Of a stretch of 39,470 bases of DNA, positions 9,375 to 19,400 are shown piece after piece. The notes under the pieces were generated by a model. It saw nothing but the letters and a program-made list of their open reading frames with translations. It did no database searches and had not been told where the DNA came from. Source of the DNA: Abditibacteriaceae bacterium (GTDB taxonomy: Bacteria; Armatimonadota; Abditibacteriia; Abditibacteriales; Abditibacteriaceae); contig JANPJS010000124.1 in assembly GCA_031425655.1 (NCBI GenBank), positions 1-39,470 of the forward strand. Reading direction: 5' to 3'. The position numbers and the translations under genes were made by a program. Numbering within the stretch: the first letter of the stretch is position 1; each line of letters begins with the position of its first letter.

Positions 9375-9490
9375 GGTTTTGGGTTTAGGGTATTGGGTTG
9401 TAAGGGGTTGTTGGATGCGATTTAAGCGAGGCGCCCGACTTTGGTTTAGGGTTTGAGGTGTTCTTCAGACGCAACACCCAACACCCGCAA
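9372..9490. repeat. Degenerate heptamer-arm element (GGGTTTT/GGGTATT ... CAACACC)
   Basis: TAGGGTTTTGGGTTTAGGGTATTGGGTTG (9372-9400) starts at the tilS stop. A weak inverted arm CAACACCCAACACCCGCAA lies near 9472-9490. Confidence 0.6.
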
Positions 9491-9520
9491 TAGATTGCTT
9501 AGAACACAAATTGCAAAGCT

Positions 9521-9560
9521 TTAGTTCAGGGCATGGTTTTGAACTGATATAATTTCAAAA
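9521..9560 (+). promoter_or_regulatory. Putative sigma70 extended -10 promoter of ftsH with overlapping dyads
   Basis: TGaTATAAT at 9545-9553, overlapped by dyads AGTTCA-N11-TGAACT and TTTTGAA-N10-TTCAAAA. Confidence 0.6.
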
Positions 9561-9683
9561 GGCGCGATTGTCATACACAGCGCGCCGCATCTCACGATTG
9601 TTCAATCACTTCGCAGAATCTGCTCTTCGCGCTCGGCATTTTGAGCTTCGCTTGGCTGTTTTTGCGTTGTCTGGGAGCGTATT

Positions 9684-11642
9684 TTGGCAACACAACGATT
9701 ATTTAAGGCCGTGCTGTTTTTGGTGGGCTTCGTGTTCATCCTGAGTATGTGGTTCGGCAAAGGCATGACCGGCGGCACCGTCAACGAAACGATGCCTTAT
9801 AGCGACTTTTACGTCAGCTTGGTCGGCAAACAGGTCGCGTCGGTTCTCATGTCGGAAAACACGGCGCGCGTCAAGATCAAGGGCAAAGACAACGTGCTTT
9901 ACACGGTGCAATTGCCACCGATGAACCGCGAAAACCTGATGGTTGAACTCGACAAGGCCGCGTTGCCGACCGAAAAAAGCGGCGGCGGCACCAAAGTCGA
10001 ACACAAGCCCAGTTTTCTGAGCGGGCCGGTCGCGGCTATCGCTTCGATGCTGCTGCCGGTCATTTTCTTCGTGGCCTTCTGGATGTTCATTTTGCGCCAA
10101 AGCCAGGCCGGCGCCGGCCAAGCCATGAACTTCGGACGCAGCAAAGCCAAACGCTTGTCCGACTCGCAGCCGAAAGTGACTTTCGCCGATGTCGCGGGCG
10201 TGGACGAAGCCAAGCAGGAATTGCAGGAAATCATTGACTTCCTCAAGCAGCCCGAAAAGTTCCAGGCGTTGGGCGCCAAAATCCCGCGCGGCGTGCTGCT
10301 GCTGGGCAATCCCGGCACCGGAAAAACGCTTCTCGCGCGGGCCGTAGCAGGCGAAGCCGGTGTGCCGTTCTTTCACATTTCGGGTTCGGACTTCGTGGAA
10401 ATGTTCGTCGGCGTCGGCGCTTCGCGCGTGCGCGATTTGTTTGAGCAGGCCAAAGCGCATCGTCCGGCCATTGTCTTTATTGACGAAATTGACGCCGTAG
10501 GCCGTCATCGCGGCGCCGGTTTAGGCGGAGGCCATGATGAGCGCGAACAAACGCTCAACCAGTTGCTCGTCGAAATGGACGGCTTCGATCCCAATGCCGG
10601 CGTGATTCTCATGGCCGCGACCAACCGTCCCGACGTGCTTGACCCCGCTTTAACCCGTCCGGGCCGCTTCGACCGCCAGATTATCGTGGACAATCCCGAT
10701 TCCAAAGGCCGCCGCGAAATTTTAGGCGTGCATTCCAAAGGCAAACCGCTGTCGGAGGACGTTGACCTCGAAGTGATGTCGAAGCGCACCGCAGGCTTTA
10801 GCGGCGCCGACTTAGCCAACCTTGTCAACGAAGCGGCGCTTTTAGCGGCGCGACGTAACAAACAGCAAATCGGCGGCGCGGAGTTCGAGGAATCCATCGA
10901 GCGCGTCATCGCTGGGCCGGAGCGCAAAAGCCGCATCATTCAAGAGCGCGAAAAAAGCATCATCGCTTATCACGAAGTCGGCCACGCTTTGCTGGGCAAG
11001 CTGCTGCCAAACACCGATCCGCCGCACAAAATCACGATTCTGCCGCGTGGCATGGCGCTTGGCTACGTGCTGACTTTGCCGAACGAAGACACGTTTTTGA
11101 TGAGCAAATCGCAGATGATTGACCGCATGACGGCGGCTTTAGGCGGTCGCGCCTCAGAGCAGCTTGTGTTCAACGAAGTGTGGACAGGCGCGCAGAGCGA
11201 CTTGGAAAAAGTCACCGATATGGCGCGGCGCATGGTCTGCGACTTCGGCATGAGCGAAAACCTCGGCCCGCTGACGTTGGGCCGTCGCAACGCCCCGGTA
11301 TTTTTGGGCCGCGACTTCCACGAAGAGCGCAATTACTCGGAAGAAGTGGCGGCGAAAATTGACGTGGAAATCCGCAACATCGTGGACACCTGCTACGACA
11401 AAGCCATAACTTTGCTCGGCGACAACCGCGAATTGATGGATCGTCTGGTGCAAATCCTGCTGGAAAAAGAAACCATCAACGCCGAAGAGTTGGATCGCAT
11501 CATTAACGGCGACCCGGAGCCGCCGGCCTTAACGCCGAGCGAGCCACCGGCCCCACCCGCCGCGCCTGCTATTAACGAAGCCGAGAAGAAGAAAGAGCGC
11601 CCGGCGCCCGGCTTCCCGCAACCCGGCTTAGCCGGAGCGTAA
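9684..11642 (+). CDS. ftsH: ATP-dependent zinc metalloprotease FtsH
   Basis: Two N-terminal TM helices, Walker A GNPGTGKT, pore motif FVEMFVGVG, Walker [12 protein letters not shown] motif and HEVGH zinc site. TTG start. Confidence 0.98.
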   Translation: MATQRLFKAVLFLVGFVFILSMWFGKGMTGGTVNETMPYSDFYVSLVGKQVASVLMSENTARVKIKGKDNVLYTVQLPPMNRENLMVELDKAALPTEKSGGGTKVEHKPSFLSGPVAAIASMLLPVIFFVAFWMFILRQSQAGAGQAMNFGRSKAKRLSDSQPKVTFADVAGVDEAKQELQEIIDFLKQPEKFQALGAKIPRGVLLLGNPGTGKTLLARAVAGEAGVPFFHISGSDFVEMFVGVGASRVRDLFEQAKAHRPAIVFIDEIDAVGRHRGAGLGGGHDEREQTLNQLLVEMDGFDPNAGVILMAATNRPDVLDPALTRPGRFDRQIIVDNPDSKGRREILGVHSKGKPLSEDVDLEVMSKRTAGFSGADLANLVNEAALLAARRNKQQIGGAEFEESIERVIAGPERKSRIIQEREKSIIAYHEVGHALLGKLLPNTDPPHKITILPRGMALGYVLTLPNEDTFLMSKSQMIDRMTAALGGRASEQLVFNEVWTGAQSDLEKVTDMARRMVCDFGMSENLGPLTLGRRNAPVFLGRDFHEERNYSEEVAAKIDVEIRNIVDTCYDKAITLLGDNRELMDRLVQILLEKETINAEELDRIINGDPEPPALTPSEPPAPPAAPAINEAEKKKERPAPGFPQPGLAGA

Positions 11643-11649
11643 AAGACGC

Positions 11650-11697
11650 AAAACAAAGCGGCGTCCCAAGTTCAATCTTGGGACGCCGCTTTGTTTT
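11650..11697. terminator. Bidirectional intrinsic terminator
   Basis: AAAACAAAGCGGCGTCCCAAG-ttcaat-CTTGGGACGCCGCTTTGTTTT between convergent genes. Confidence 0.9.
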
Positions 11698-11709
11698 ATT
11701 GGCTAACAT

Positions 11710-12126
11710 TCATCGCGACGGAATTCCAAATGGCGGAATTTGATGCAAAAATCCGAGACAACCAACTAAACCCGATAAAACCAGACCTATCCATGTGAAA
11801 AGAGCTGTCCTACGGATGTTGGTTTTGCCCACATACTTTCCATTTTCGATTCCCGCCAGTTTATTTACGCCACAGCAAAACAGTGTAGGAATAATAGGAA
11901 ATAAGAAAATTTCGACTAAGCTATGCTCCACAATTTGAAGTCGCCCAAGAGCAGTAGCGGCGAGTAGATAACTTAGTTCATCATCTTCAAGTGAATTCAC
12001 TAATGGAACAAGGCTCATCAAAATCCCACTGCTGATAACCACGATCATATTCAGCAGATAAATAGAAGCAACATTTATCCTTTTAATCTGGCTCTGAGAT
12101 ATTGGAGCAAAATTCATCAAATTCAC
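11710..12126 (-). CDS. Low-GC hypothetical membrane protein (about 3 TM helices)
   Basis: Open frame across a visibly AT-rich patch with hydrophobic segments. GTGA overlap with the upstream gene stop; alternative ATG 12117. Confidence 0.6.
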   Translation of the reverse strand: MNLMNFAPISQSQIKRINVASIYLLNMIVVISSGILMSLVPLVNSLEDDELSYLLAATALGRLQIVEHSLVEIFLFPIIPTLFCCGVNKLAGIENGKYVGKTNIRRTALFTWIGLVLSGLVGCLGFLHQIPPFGIPSR

Positions 12127-12878
12127 CTTCCCGTTAACAACCTATCGCCCAAAGCGTGCGGCAAATTGGCGTCGTAGATCGCGCGGCGGGCGGCGTGCCA
12201 ATCGTAGTCAATAGCTTCGATAAGAATGGTGTTTTCGTCGGAGTCGAAGATAGCGAAGCGCGCTTGCGGATTGCCGTCGCGCGGTTGGCCGCACGAGCCG
12301 GGATTGACCAAAAAGCGCCAGCCCGGCTCCAATTCAAATTCGCCGCCTTCGGGCAAAGCGGCTTCCTCGAAATCCTGCCACGACAGATTGCCGTCTTCCA
12401 CTTGCGCGCAATAAGCGATGGCGCGGTGCGTATGGCCGAAAAAGCAAAGCTCGTGGCTCATCAGGCGCATCGTGGCAGCGGCGGTTGTGGCATCGAGAAT
12501 GTATTCTTCCCACGGCTGGCGCAGGCTGCCATGCACGGCTTGCAAATGCCATTCGGGAAATTCGCGGGCGCCGGGCAAGGCGCGCAGCCAACTCGCGTTT
12601 TCGGAAGTGAGCTGGCGGCGTGTCCACAGCGCCGCCGCTGCTGCCGCGTCGTTGAACCACGACAAATCAATTAAACCCAGCGCCGCCGCGTCGTGGTTGC
12701 CCGACAAACACTCAGCTTTGGCCTCGCGCAGCATTTCGCAGCATTCGTTGGGATGCGCGCCGTAGCCAACCACGTCGCCCAAGCACAAAATCGCGTCGTA
12801 ACGGTCGCGCGCGGCTTCAAAAACCGCTTCCAGCCCGAAGCGATTGCCGTGAACGTCCGACAAAATGAGAAGGCGCAT
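12123..12878 (-). CDS. Calcineurin-like metallophosphoesterase
   Basis: SDVHGN, LGDVVGYG, GNHD, HGS, GHTH and NPGSCGQPRDG motifs. Start ATG 12878. Confidence 0.93.
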   Translation of the reverse strand: MRLLILSDVHGNRFGLEAVFEAARDRYDAILCLGDVVGYGAHPNECCEMLREAKAECLSGNHDAAALGLIDLSWFNDAAAAAALWTRRQLTSENASWLRALPGAREFPEWHLQAVHGSLRQPWEEYILDATTAAATMRLMSHELCFFGHTHRAIAYCAQVEDGNLSWQDFEEAALPEGGEFELEPGWRFLVNPGSCGQPRDGNPQARFAIFDSDENTILIEAIDYDWHAARRAIYDANLPHALGDRLLTGR

Positions 12879-12921
12879 AGCTTTAATAATCTTCGGGCAA
12901 AAGCACACACCCGGCAAGACG

Positions 12922-12957
12922 CACAAAAGCGGAGCGCAAATGCGCTCCGCTTTTGTG
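12922..12957 (-). terminator. Intrinsic terminator ending the GT2/TPR operon
   Basis: CACAAAAGCGGAGCGCA-aa-TGCGCTCCGCTTTTGTG, just downstream of the 12969 stop. Confidence 0.8.
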
Positions 12958-12968
12958 GTTTACGTTCG

Positions 12969-15900
12969 TTAAAACCCGATGGAAATGCCGCCGGTGATGT
13001 CGTTGGAGTCGAACGACGGGCCGCGCACGATGCCGCCTTCGATGAACAAACGAATCAAATCGGTTAAATCGTGCTGCACGAAGCCGAACAGCGTGTCGGA
13101 CGGGCGATTGATGCCGCCCAAACCGGCGCTGTCGCTCAGAGGATGCGAGGCGAAAATACCGTAGCGCGTGCGTCCTTGCGTTTTGACGTAATCGGCCAAG
13201 ACCGCGAAGGTTTTGTATTGCTGCGGCGTGTAGTAAAACGTCGCGGGCGGCGCCAAAAAGCGGGTGTCGTCGCGGGTGTAGCCTATTCCTATGCGCAGCG
13301 AAGGATTGGTGGGCCGCAGACGATAATACAGCGCCGGACTCAGCGTAGTGCGATTATTGCCGTCGGAATACTTGTAATGGCGGCCTTCCAAAGACGCATC
13401 GAAATGCGAAGCCAGAGGCCATTCGATGCCCGCAGTCAGCACGCGCGCCGTAATTCCGGCGTTGGTCGCGCCCAGCGATTCGATGATTTCGCGGCGAGCC
13501 AGATTCATGTAATAACGCTTGCGAAAGCCGCTCGATTTTTCGATCATCAGGTCGTAAAGCGTGCGATCCGGCGCGATGGCATATTGCACGCGACTGAGCA
13601 GCAAACGCGCTTGAACCGAGCCGAAATTGCGGCCCAGCATCAGGCTGTAGCTGCGCCGCGACTGCCAGAATCCTTCGTCTTCGTAGCGCCCGTCGCGCGC
13701 ATAAACACCGATGGTGCCGGCGCGCGTGCGAAAGGTCGGGCCGCCGCCGTATTCGGTCAGGCGCACGTTGTTGGTATCGGTGTAGCGCCGCGCCGATAAG
13801 TCGAGCGACGGGCCGGTTTCGCGGCGCAGTTCGCGCAAGGCACTGAGCGCACGCTGCTGTGCGTAGCCGCGCTGCGAAAGCTGCACGGCTTTCTGGTAAT
13901 TATCTTTGGCATCGAAGGGCTTGGTATAACGCTGCACTTCGGCTAACGCGTAATACGCGCCGGGATCGCCGGGACGAGCCGCAATCACGGCGTTGAGTTC
14001 GGCTTCGGCTTCGCGTGTGCGCCCTTGATAGCCTAAAACGCGGCCCAGTCCGAAGCGGGCGTCCAGGCTGTTAGGATTGTTAGGATCGTTCTTAAGCTGC
14101 GTGTATTGCTTGATGGCGTCTTCGCGCAGCGAGCGCTCGCCGGAGTTGGTTTCGGCTTCGGCGAAGGCGAAGCGCGCTTCCAGATTTTCGGGATGCTTTC
14201 CGACAATCGAACGCAGCGCTCGCACCGATTCACGATGCATTCCGGCATAGCCGAGCGCCTGTCCGCGATCAATGGCTAAAGCAATATCGTCGGGATTGGC
14301 CTTGATTAGCTCGTCGTAAATCGCAATGGCTTTGGTGTATTGCCGGGAATAAACGTAGGCTTCGGCCAAGCCTGTTTTCGCGCGGCGATCTTCGGGAATG
14401 GTTTCATAAAGTGCGATGCTTTCCGCATAACGCCCCATGCGCGCTAAGGTGTCGGCTTTAGCGATGCGAGCGCTCGCGTTTTGCGGATTATCCTGCAAAA
14501 CGCTGTCAATGACCTTCAGCGCATCGTCGCCCCGGCCCGAATAAGAAAGCACAAGGCCAAGTTCGACGCGGCCTTTCTGATTTTGCGGGTCTTTTTCCAA
14601 AGCCTGACGATAAAGACGGATGCTTTCTTCGTATTGCTTGTCGTAGCCCAGCACTTCGGCCAGTCCGAATTGGGCCGTCAAATCGTTGGGCGCCAGTTCG
14701 AGGGCGCGTCGCAAATCGGCCATTGCCAACGGAATTTGCTTGTTTTGCCCGCGCAAAATGCCGCGCTCGGTGTAAGCCGGCGCATAAAGCGGGTCGGCGT
14801 CCAGAACTTGATTGACTTCGACCAGAGCTTCGGCATAACGCCCGCTGTAGCGCAGCACACGCCCTAATTCGACGCGCGTCGGCAAGTCTTTCTGGTTGGT
14901 GGCCAACGCCGAGCGATAAAGCTTAATCGCTTCGGGCCAGTTGCCGTGCCGCGCCACGACATCGGCGAGTTCGACTTGGCCTTGATAATGATTCGGCTCG
15001 ATTTCCAGCAGCTTACGATAAAGCGGCTCGGCCAGTTCTTCGCGCGATGAGTAATTGTAAACCCGCGCTTTGCCCAAAAGAACGCTGGTGTCCTTTGGAT
15101 CGGCGGGCAGGGAGTCCCACACGATCAAAGCTTTGTCCCATTCGCGCAACTGCGTCAGCACTTCGGCGTAATTGCGCGCGATGAGGCCATCCTGAGGCCA
15201 ATCCCGATGGGCGCGCTCCAACAATTGCTCGGCTGCTCGGTAATTGCCCTGATAATAATAAACGCGCGCCTTGCCCACCATCGCATCGGCGTCTTTAGGA
15301 TCGGCGGCGATCAGCACGTCCCACGCCGCCAGAGCTTTGTCCCAATCGCGCGAAGCCGTGAGAGCCTCGGCGTAGCCACGCGCGATAAAGGGATCATCGG
15401 GCCAATCGCGTTTTCCGCGCTCCAACAGTTGTAACGCCATCGCATAGTTGCGCTGATTGATAAACGCCTGACCGAGCGCGATGTAATTTTCCGCAGCGGG
15501 CTTTTCGGGCAAAGCCGCGACGATGGCTTCGATTTCCTTCGCGGCTTCTTCGGGGCGATTGTTATCGTCCAACAATTGCGCGTGCAGCACGCGCGCCTGC
15601 AAATTATTCGGCTCCAAAGCTAAGGCTTGCTCCGATTCGACCAGAGATTCTTGAAAACGCCGCAAACCTCGCAGCGATTGCGCTAATCCCAAGCGCGACT
15701 GAAAATCAGCCGGAGTTAGCAAAGTGGCGCGCTTGAAAAAGTCGGTGGCTTCGGAGTAGCGTTGCTGACGACGGCGAATCTCGCCCAAACCTCGCAAGGC
15801 CGTCGCTTGGTCAATGATCGAAGCCGGCGGCGTGGGTTCGACAGTGTTTGGAACTACCGTCGGCGCCGGCTCGGTTGTCGCCGGAGGCAGCGTCGTTTCC

Positions 15901-16406
15901 GGCGTGACAGGAATCGGAACTTCGACGGGAGGTGCTACCGTAGGCGCGGTGGCCGTGGGCGGCGTAAGCTCCGGCAGCGGGTTTTCGGGCGGCGCGGCGA
16001 CGACGGGCGCGGTGGCTGTCGGCGCCGGTGCTGTCGGCGGCGCTATTTCGCCGGAAGGCGTGGCCTGAACCGGCACTTCCAACAACGACGGCGCATTTGG
16101 GTCGGTAGCAACGCTTGCGACAGGCCCATCGGCGCTGACGGCGATGAAGCGACTGCCCACGCGCGGCGTAGCGATGCCGATGCGTGTTACCGGCTTCGGT
16201 TTTTTCGCAGTGCGGCGCCCGGCGCGGTTTTTCGCGTGATGCGTGACGCGCGCCTTGGAATGGCTGCTTTTGCGCGCCGGACGCGCTTCCGACGGCAGTG
16301 CCGTAGCGACTACGGCGCTGGTGACGGCGATCAGCACGACGCGGCGCGCGGTGCCGCCGGTAAGAATGCGTTGTATGGACGACGCCTGGCTTTGGCTGGG
16401 CATCAT
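12969..16406 (-). CDS. TPR-array protein with predicted C-terminal outer-membrane beta-barrel (BcsC/PgaA/PelB-like architecture)
   Basis: Signal peptide (RRVVLIAVTSAVVATALPSEA), Pro/Thr linker and many 34-aa TPR units. The last ~280 aa have alternating beta-strand patterns and end in GGISIGF. Start uncertain (16403-16469). Confidence 0.8.
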   Translation of the reverse strand: MMPSQSQASSIQRILTGGTARRVVLIAVTSAVVATALPSEARPARKSSHSKARVTHHAKNRAGRRTAKKPKPVTRIGIATPRVGSRFIAVSADGPVASVATDPNAPSLLEVPVQATPSGEIAPPTAPAPTATAPVVAAPPENPLPELTPPTATAPTVAPPVEVPIPVTPETTLPPATTEPAPTVVPNTVEPTPPASIIDQATALRGLGEIRRRQQRYSEATDFFKRATLLTPADFQSRLGLAQSLRGLRRFQESLVESEQALALEPNNLQARVLHAQLLDDNNRPEEAAKEIEAIVAALPEKPAAENYIALGQAFINQRNYAMALQLLERGKRDWPDDPFIARGYAEALTASRDWDKALAAWDVLIAADPKDADAMVGKARVYYYQGNYRAAEQLLERAHRDWPQDGLIARNYAEVLTQLREWDKALIVWDSLPADPKDTSVLLGKARVYNYSSREELAEPLYRKLLEIEPNHYQGQVELADVVARHGNWPEAIKLYRSALATNQKDLPTRVELGRVLRYSGRYAEALVEVNQVLDADPLYAPAYTERGILRGQNKQIPLAMADLRRALELAPNDLTAQFGLAEVLGYDKQYEESIRLYRQALEKDPQNQKGRVELGLVLSYSGRGDDALKVIDSVLQDNPQNASARIAKADTLARMGRYAESIALYETIPEDRRAKTGLAEAYVYSRQYTKAIAIYDELIKANPDDIALAIDRGQALGYAGMHRESVRALRSIVGKHPENLEARFAFAEAETNSGERSLREDAIKQYTQLKNDPNNPNSLDARFGLGRVLGYQGRTREAEAELNAVIAARPGDPGAYYALAEVQRYTKPFDAKDNYQKAVQLSQRGYAQQRALSALRELRRETGPSLDLSARRYTDTNNVRLTEYGGGPTFRTRAGTIGVYARDGRYEDEGFWQSRRSYSLMLGRNFGSVQARLLLSRVQYAIAPDRTLYDLMIEKSSGFRKRYYMNLARREIIESLGATNAGITARVLTAGIEWPLASHFDASLEGRHYKYSDGNNRTTLSPALYYRLRPTNPSLRIGIGYTRDDTRFLAPPATFYYTPQQYKTFAVLADYVKTQGRTRYGIFASHPLSDSAGLGGINRPSDTLFGFVQHDLTDLIRLFIEGGIVRGPSFDSNDITGGISIGF

Positions 16407-16475
16407 AAGGCTTTCGACTCCTTGAAACTTCCCGTCATGGACAATTACTTCGGGCTTACGGCCCCGCACTGTCGC

Positions 16476-19400
16476 TTACTGAGTGGGTTTAACCGACTTC
16501 TGGGCATTCGCCGCAAAATCACGGAAGGCGCGGCGTGTATTTTCGGTGAGCGCATCGCCGCTGCCGGGCACGCGCCGGAATAATTGCACCACGCCGGCTT
16601 CGGGCAGCGGATATTTGGCGGCTTTCAGAACTTCGAGGAACAAGCGCTGCGCGTCGTCGAGCAAATTGCGGTCGAGATAAACCTGCGCCAATTCCAGCTT
16701 GACCGTCATATCGTCCGGCGCCCGCAAAATCAAATCCTGATATTCTTTGATGCTTTCGGGCACTTGGCGCGCGTAATACAAGTTGCGAGCGAGGCCCAGG
16801 CGCGCCTGCAAATTTTCGGGGTCGCTTTCCAATACTATGCGATAATTCTGCACCGCTTCGGGGAACTTGGAGCGCGTGCCAAAAACCTCGGCGAGACCTA
16901 AACGCGCCTGCGCGTTGCCTGCGTTTTTGTCGAGAGCCTCGCGGTAAACGATTTCGGCGTTGTCGAAGCTGGCCTCGGTGCGGTCGCGGCGCAACGCGAG
17001 GGTTGCACTCAGAATCCTCGCCGAAACATTGCCCGGCTGCCGAGTCAGCACGTAGTTCACTTCTTTATGCGCGGCGTCGAATTCTTTGCGTCGAATCAAG
17101 GCTTCGACCAGTTCAAGACGCGCCTCGTGTAAATCAGGATTATCTTGCAAAACGCGCTTGTAAAGCTCGTAGGAAGCTTCTTCATGACCGCTGTCGCGCA
17201 CCGCGTTGGCGACTTTGAGCGCGTCTTCGGGCCGTCGCGCCCCGCTCTGCGTGAGATGGCCCAGCAGACGCCCGGCTTCTTCCGTCGCGCCCGCAGAGCG
17301 CAGTGCATAGAACAAGTTCAGCGCGTCGTCAGTGACTTCCAAAGGCATCGCTTCAATTTGCCGCGTCAATGCCGCCGCGCGCTCCTTCTGATCCATGCGC
17401 GCCGCAAGAGTAGCTTGCAATAGCAGCGCGGCTTGATTGGCCGGATCGCGCTGCACGACACCTGTAATCAGCGGCTCGGCGTCCGTATAAAGCTCCTGCC
17501 GCATCAAGGCGCGCCCAAACGCCAGAGCGATTTTGTCGTCGCCCGGCGTCAGTTTCATGGCTTCTTCGTAAGCCGCGCGAGCTTCCGCCGAATGGCCGAG
17601 TTTCACTTCCAAATCGCCGATATTGGCCAACGTCGCCGCGCGGGCACGCGGCTCAGTCTGCAATTTGAGCAACTCTTGAAATGTCGTCAAAGCCGCGCCG
17701 GGCTGCTCGCCAATCTGCGCGATGCCGAGCATATTTAAGGCTTCCGCGTTGGCCGGCTGCTCTTTGACTAACGGCCCCAAAATGCCCAGCGCCTCGCTGT
17801 AGCGATGCGCGATAGTGAGCGCGCGGCCTAAGCCCAAACGCGCTTGTTCCGAGTTCGGCGACATTTGCAGCGCCTGCTGGTAAACCGGAATCGCCGATTC
17901 GCTTTGGCCGGCGAATGTCAAAGCATCGCCCAAGCCGATTTGCGCCGCCAGATTCGCCGGATCGCGCACTAAAACGCCGCGATAAACCGGAATCGAGTTG
18001 GCGTATTCGCCGCTCCAACTCAGCAGATTCGCCAGACCAATCATGGTGCGCTGCGATTCGGGATCAAGCGCTAAGGCCTGATTAAACGCTTCGCGGGCGC
18101 GCGGGTCTTTGGCGAAAGTCAGGGTTTCGGCGTATTCCGTCCATATAGAGGCGTTTTTGGGCGCGATGCCCAACGCCATGCGATAAAAACGCGCCGATTC
18201 TTCGTAGTTTTTGGCCCATGACATCACTTGCGCCGCCTGCAAAGCCGCGCGGAGGTCGCGTGGTTTTTTGGCGAGAATGGCCGCGTCAAGCTGCGCGGCG
18301 CGGTCGTATTGTTTGTCGAACGCATACGAATCGGCCAGACCGCGCAACGCTTTTGCATCGCCGGGATGCGCCCTTAAATACTGCTCGTAGCCGCGAATCG
18401 CTTCGGGGTAACGCTTCAAGATCATCAGCGATTCGGGGATGCCCAGAGCAGCGTAAGTGTTGGTCGGATCAATCGCATACGCCCGCTGATAATTGGCCAA
18501 TGCGGCGGAGAAATTCCGGGCCTTCATCGCTTTGCCGGCCTGATTCACCCACGGCCACGCCGCCGCTTTGCGCTTGCGGGAAACCAATGCGGCTGCGCTC
18601 ACTTTTGTAGCTGCGCTCACTTTCGCGGCGCGCGGTTTGGCTTTTGGCTTCGCTTTGGCCTTGACCGGCGCCGTTTTGGCGCGCGGGATAGGAGGATAAA
18701 CGATTTTCGCCTCGGCTGGAGGTGCCATCGGCTGCGGAGCAATGGGCACTAACGCGGTGCCGTTGTCGGGAGCCGGTGCCTCTTGCAGAACCGGAACGGC
18801 ATTATCGCCGGGAGCCGGCGCTATTGGCTCCGTCACGGGAACGAGTGTTTCGTCAGGCGCCGGGTTGGGCGCCGTGACTTCCGCCGGTGCCGAGGCTGCC
18901 GGAATCGGCGGCGTATTGATGTCTTCGGGAATCAAAGCCGGCGCGACCTGCGACGAAACACGAATCATCGGGGCGGGAATGGTAATCGCCTGCGAAGCCC
19001 TGCGAACCGCCAACGTCAGTTGCGAGACAATTAAGGGCGTATTGGCAATCAGCGTCGAGCTTTTATTGAAAGATACAGGCCGAGCTAACGATGGCGGCAC
19101 TTTAGCTGTTTTCACAGCCGGTTTCGCGCGAAGCGCAGCCAGTCGAGCGGCATCCGCGTTTGTTTTTTTGGACTTTTTATGCGATGTGCCAACAACTGCG
19201 TTAATCAGTGCCGCAGTTTTAACTTTGATGGGCGCAGCAGCCATTTTCGCGGGTGCAGTCACTGTTTTAGCGACTTCGGCAGGCGCGTTTAACGCCGCAA
19301 GCATGGGCTGTGCCGCCGGATTGCCGGAATCGTGGCCGAAAGTAACCAGATTGCGCTCGCCCAAAGTGCTGTGCGCAACAGTGAGTTCACGCGTTTTTGT

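Noticed and set aside
9699..10508. Long antisense/shadow ORFs (also 15762, 18742, 32539, 33587, 38587)
   Set aside because: They overlap well-supported genes and have no motifs, as expected in GC-rich DNA.
11701..11707. attC core (GGCTAAC/GTTAGCC) next to the low-GC ORF
   Set aside because: Wrong orientation for a cassette end, imperfect consensus and no complementary partner.
16407..16478. The two TPR ORFs as one frameshifted gene
   Set aside because: The second ORF has its own signal peptide and linker, so it reads as an independent protein.
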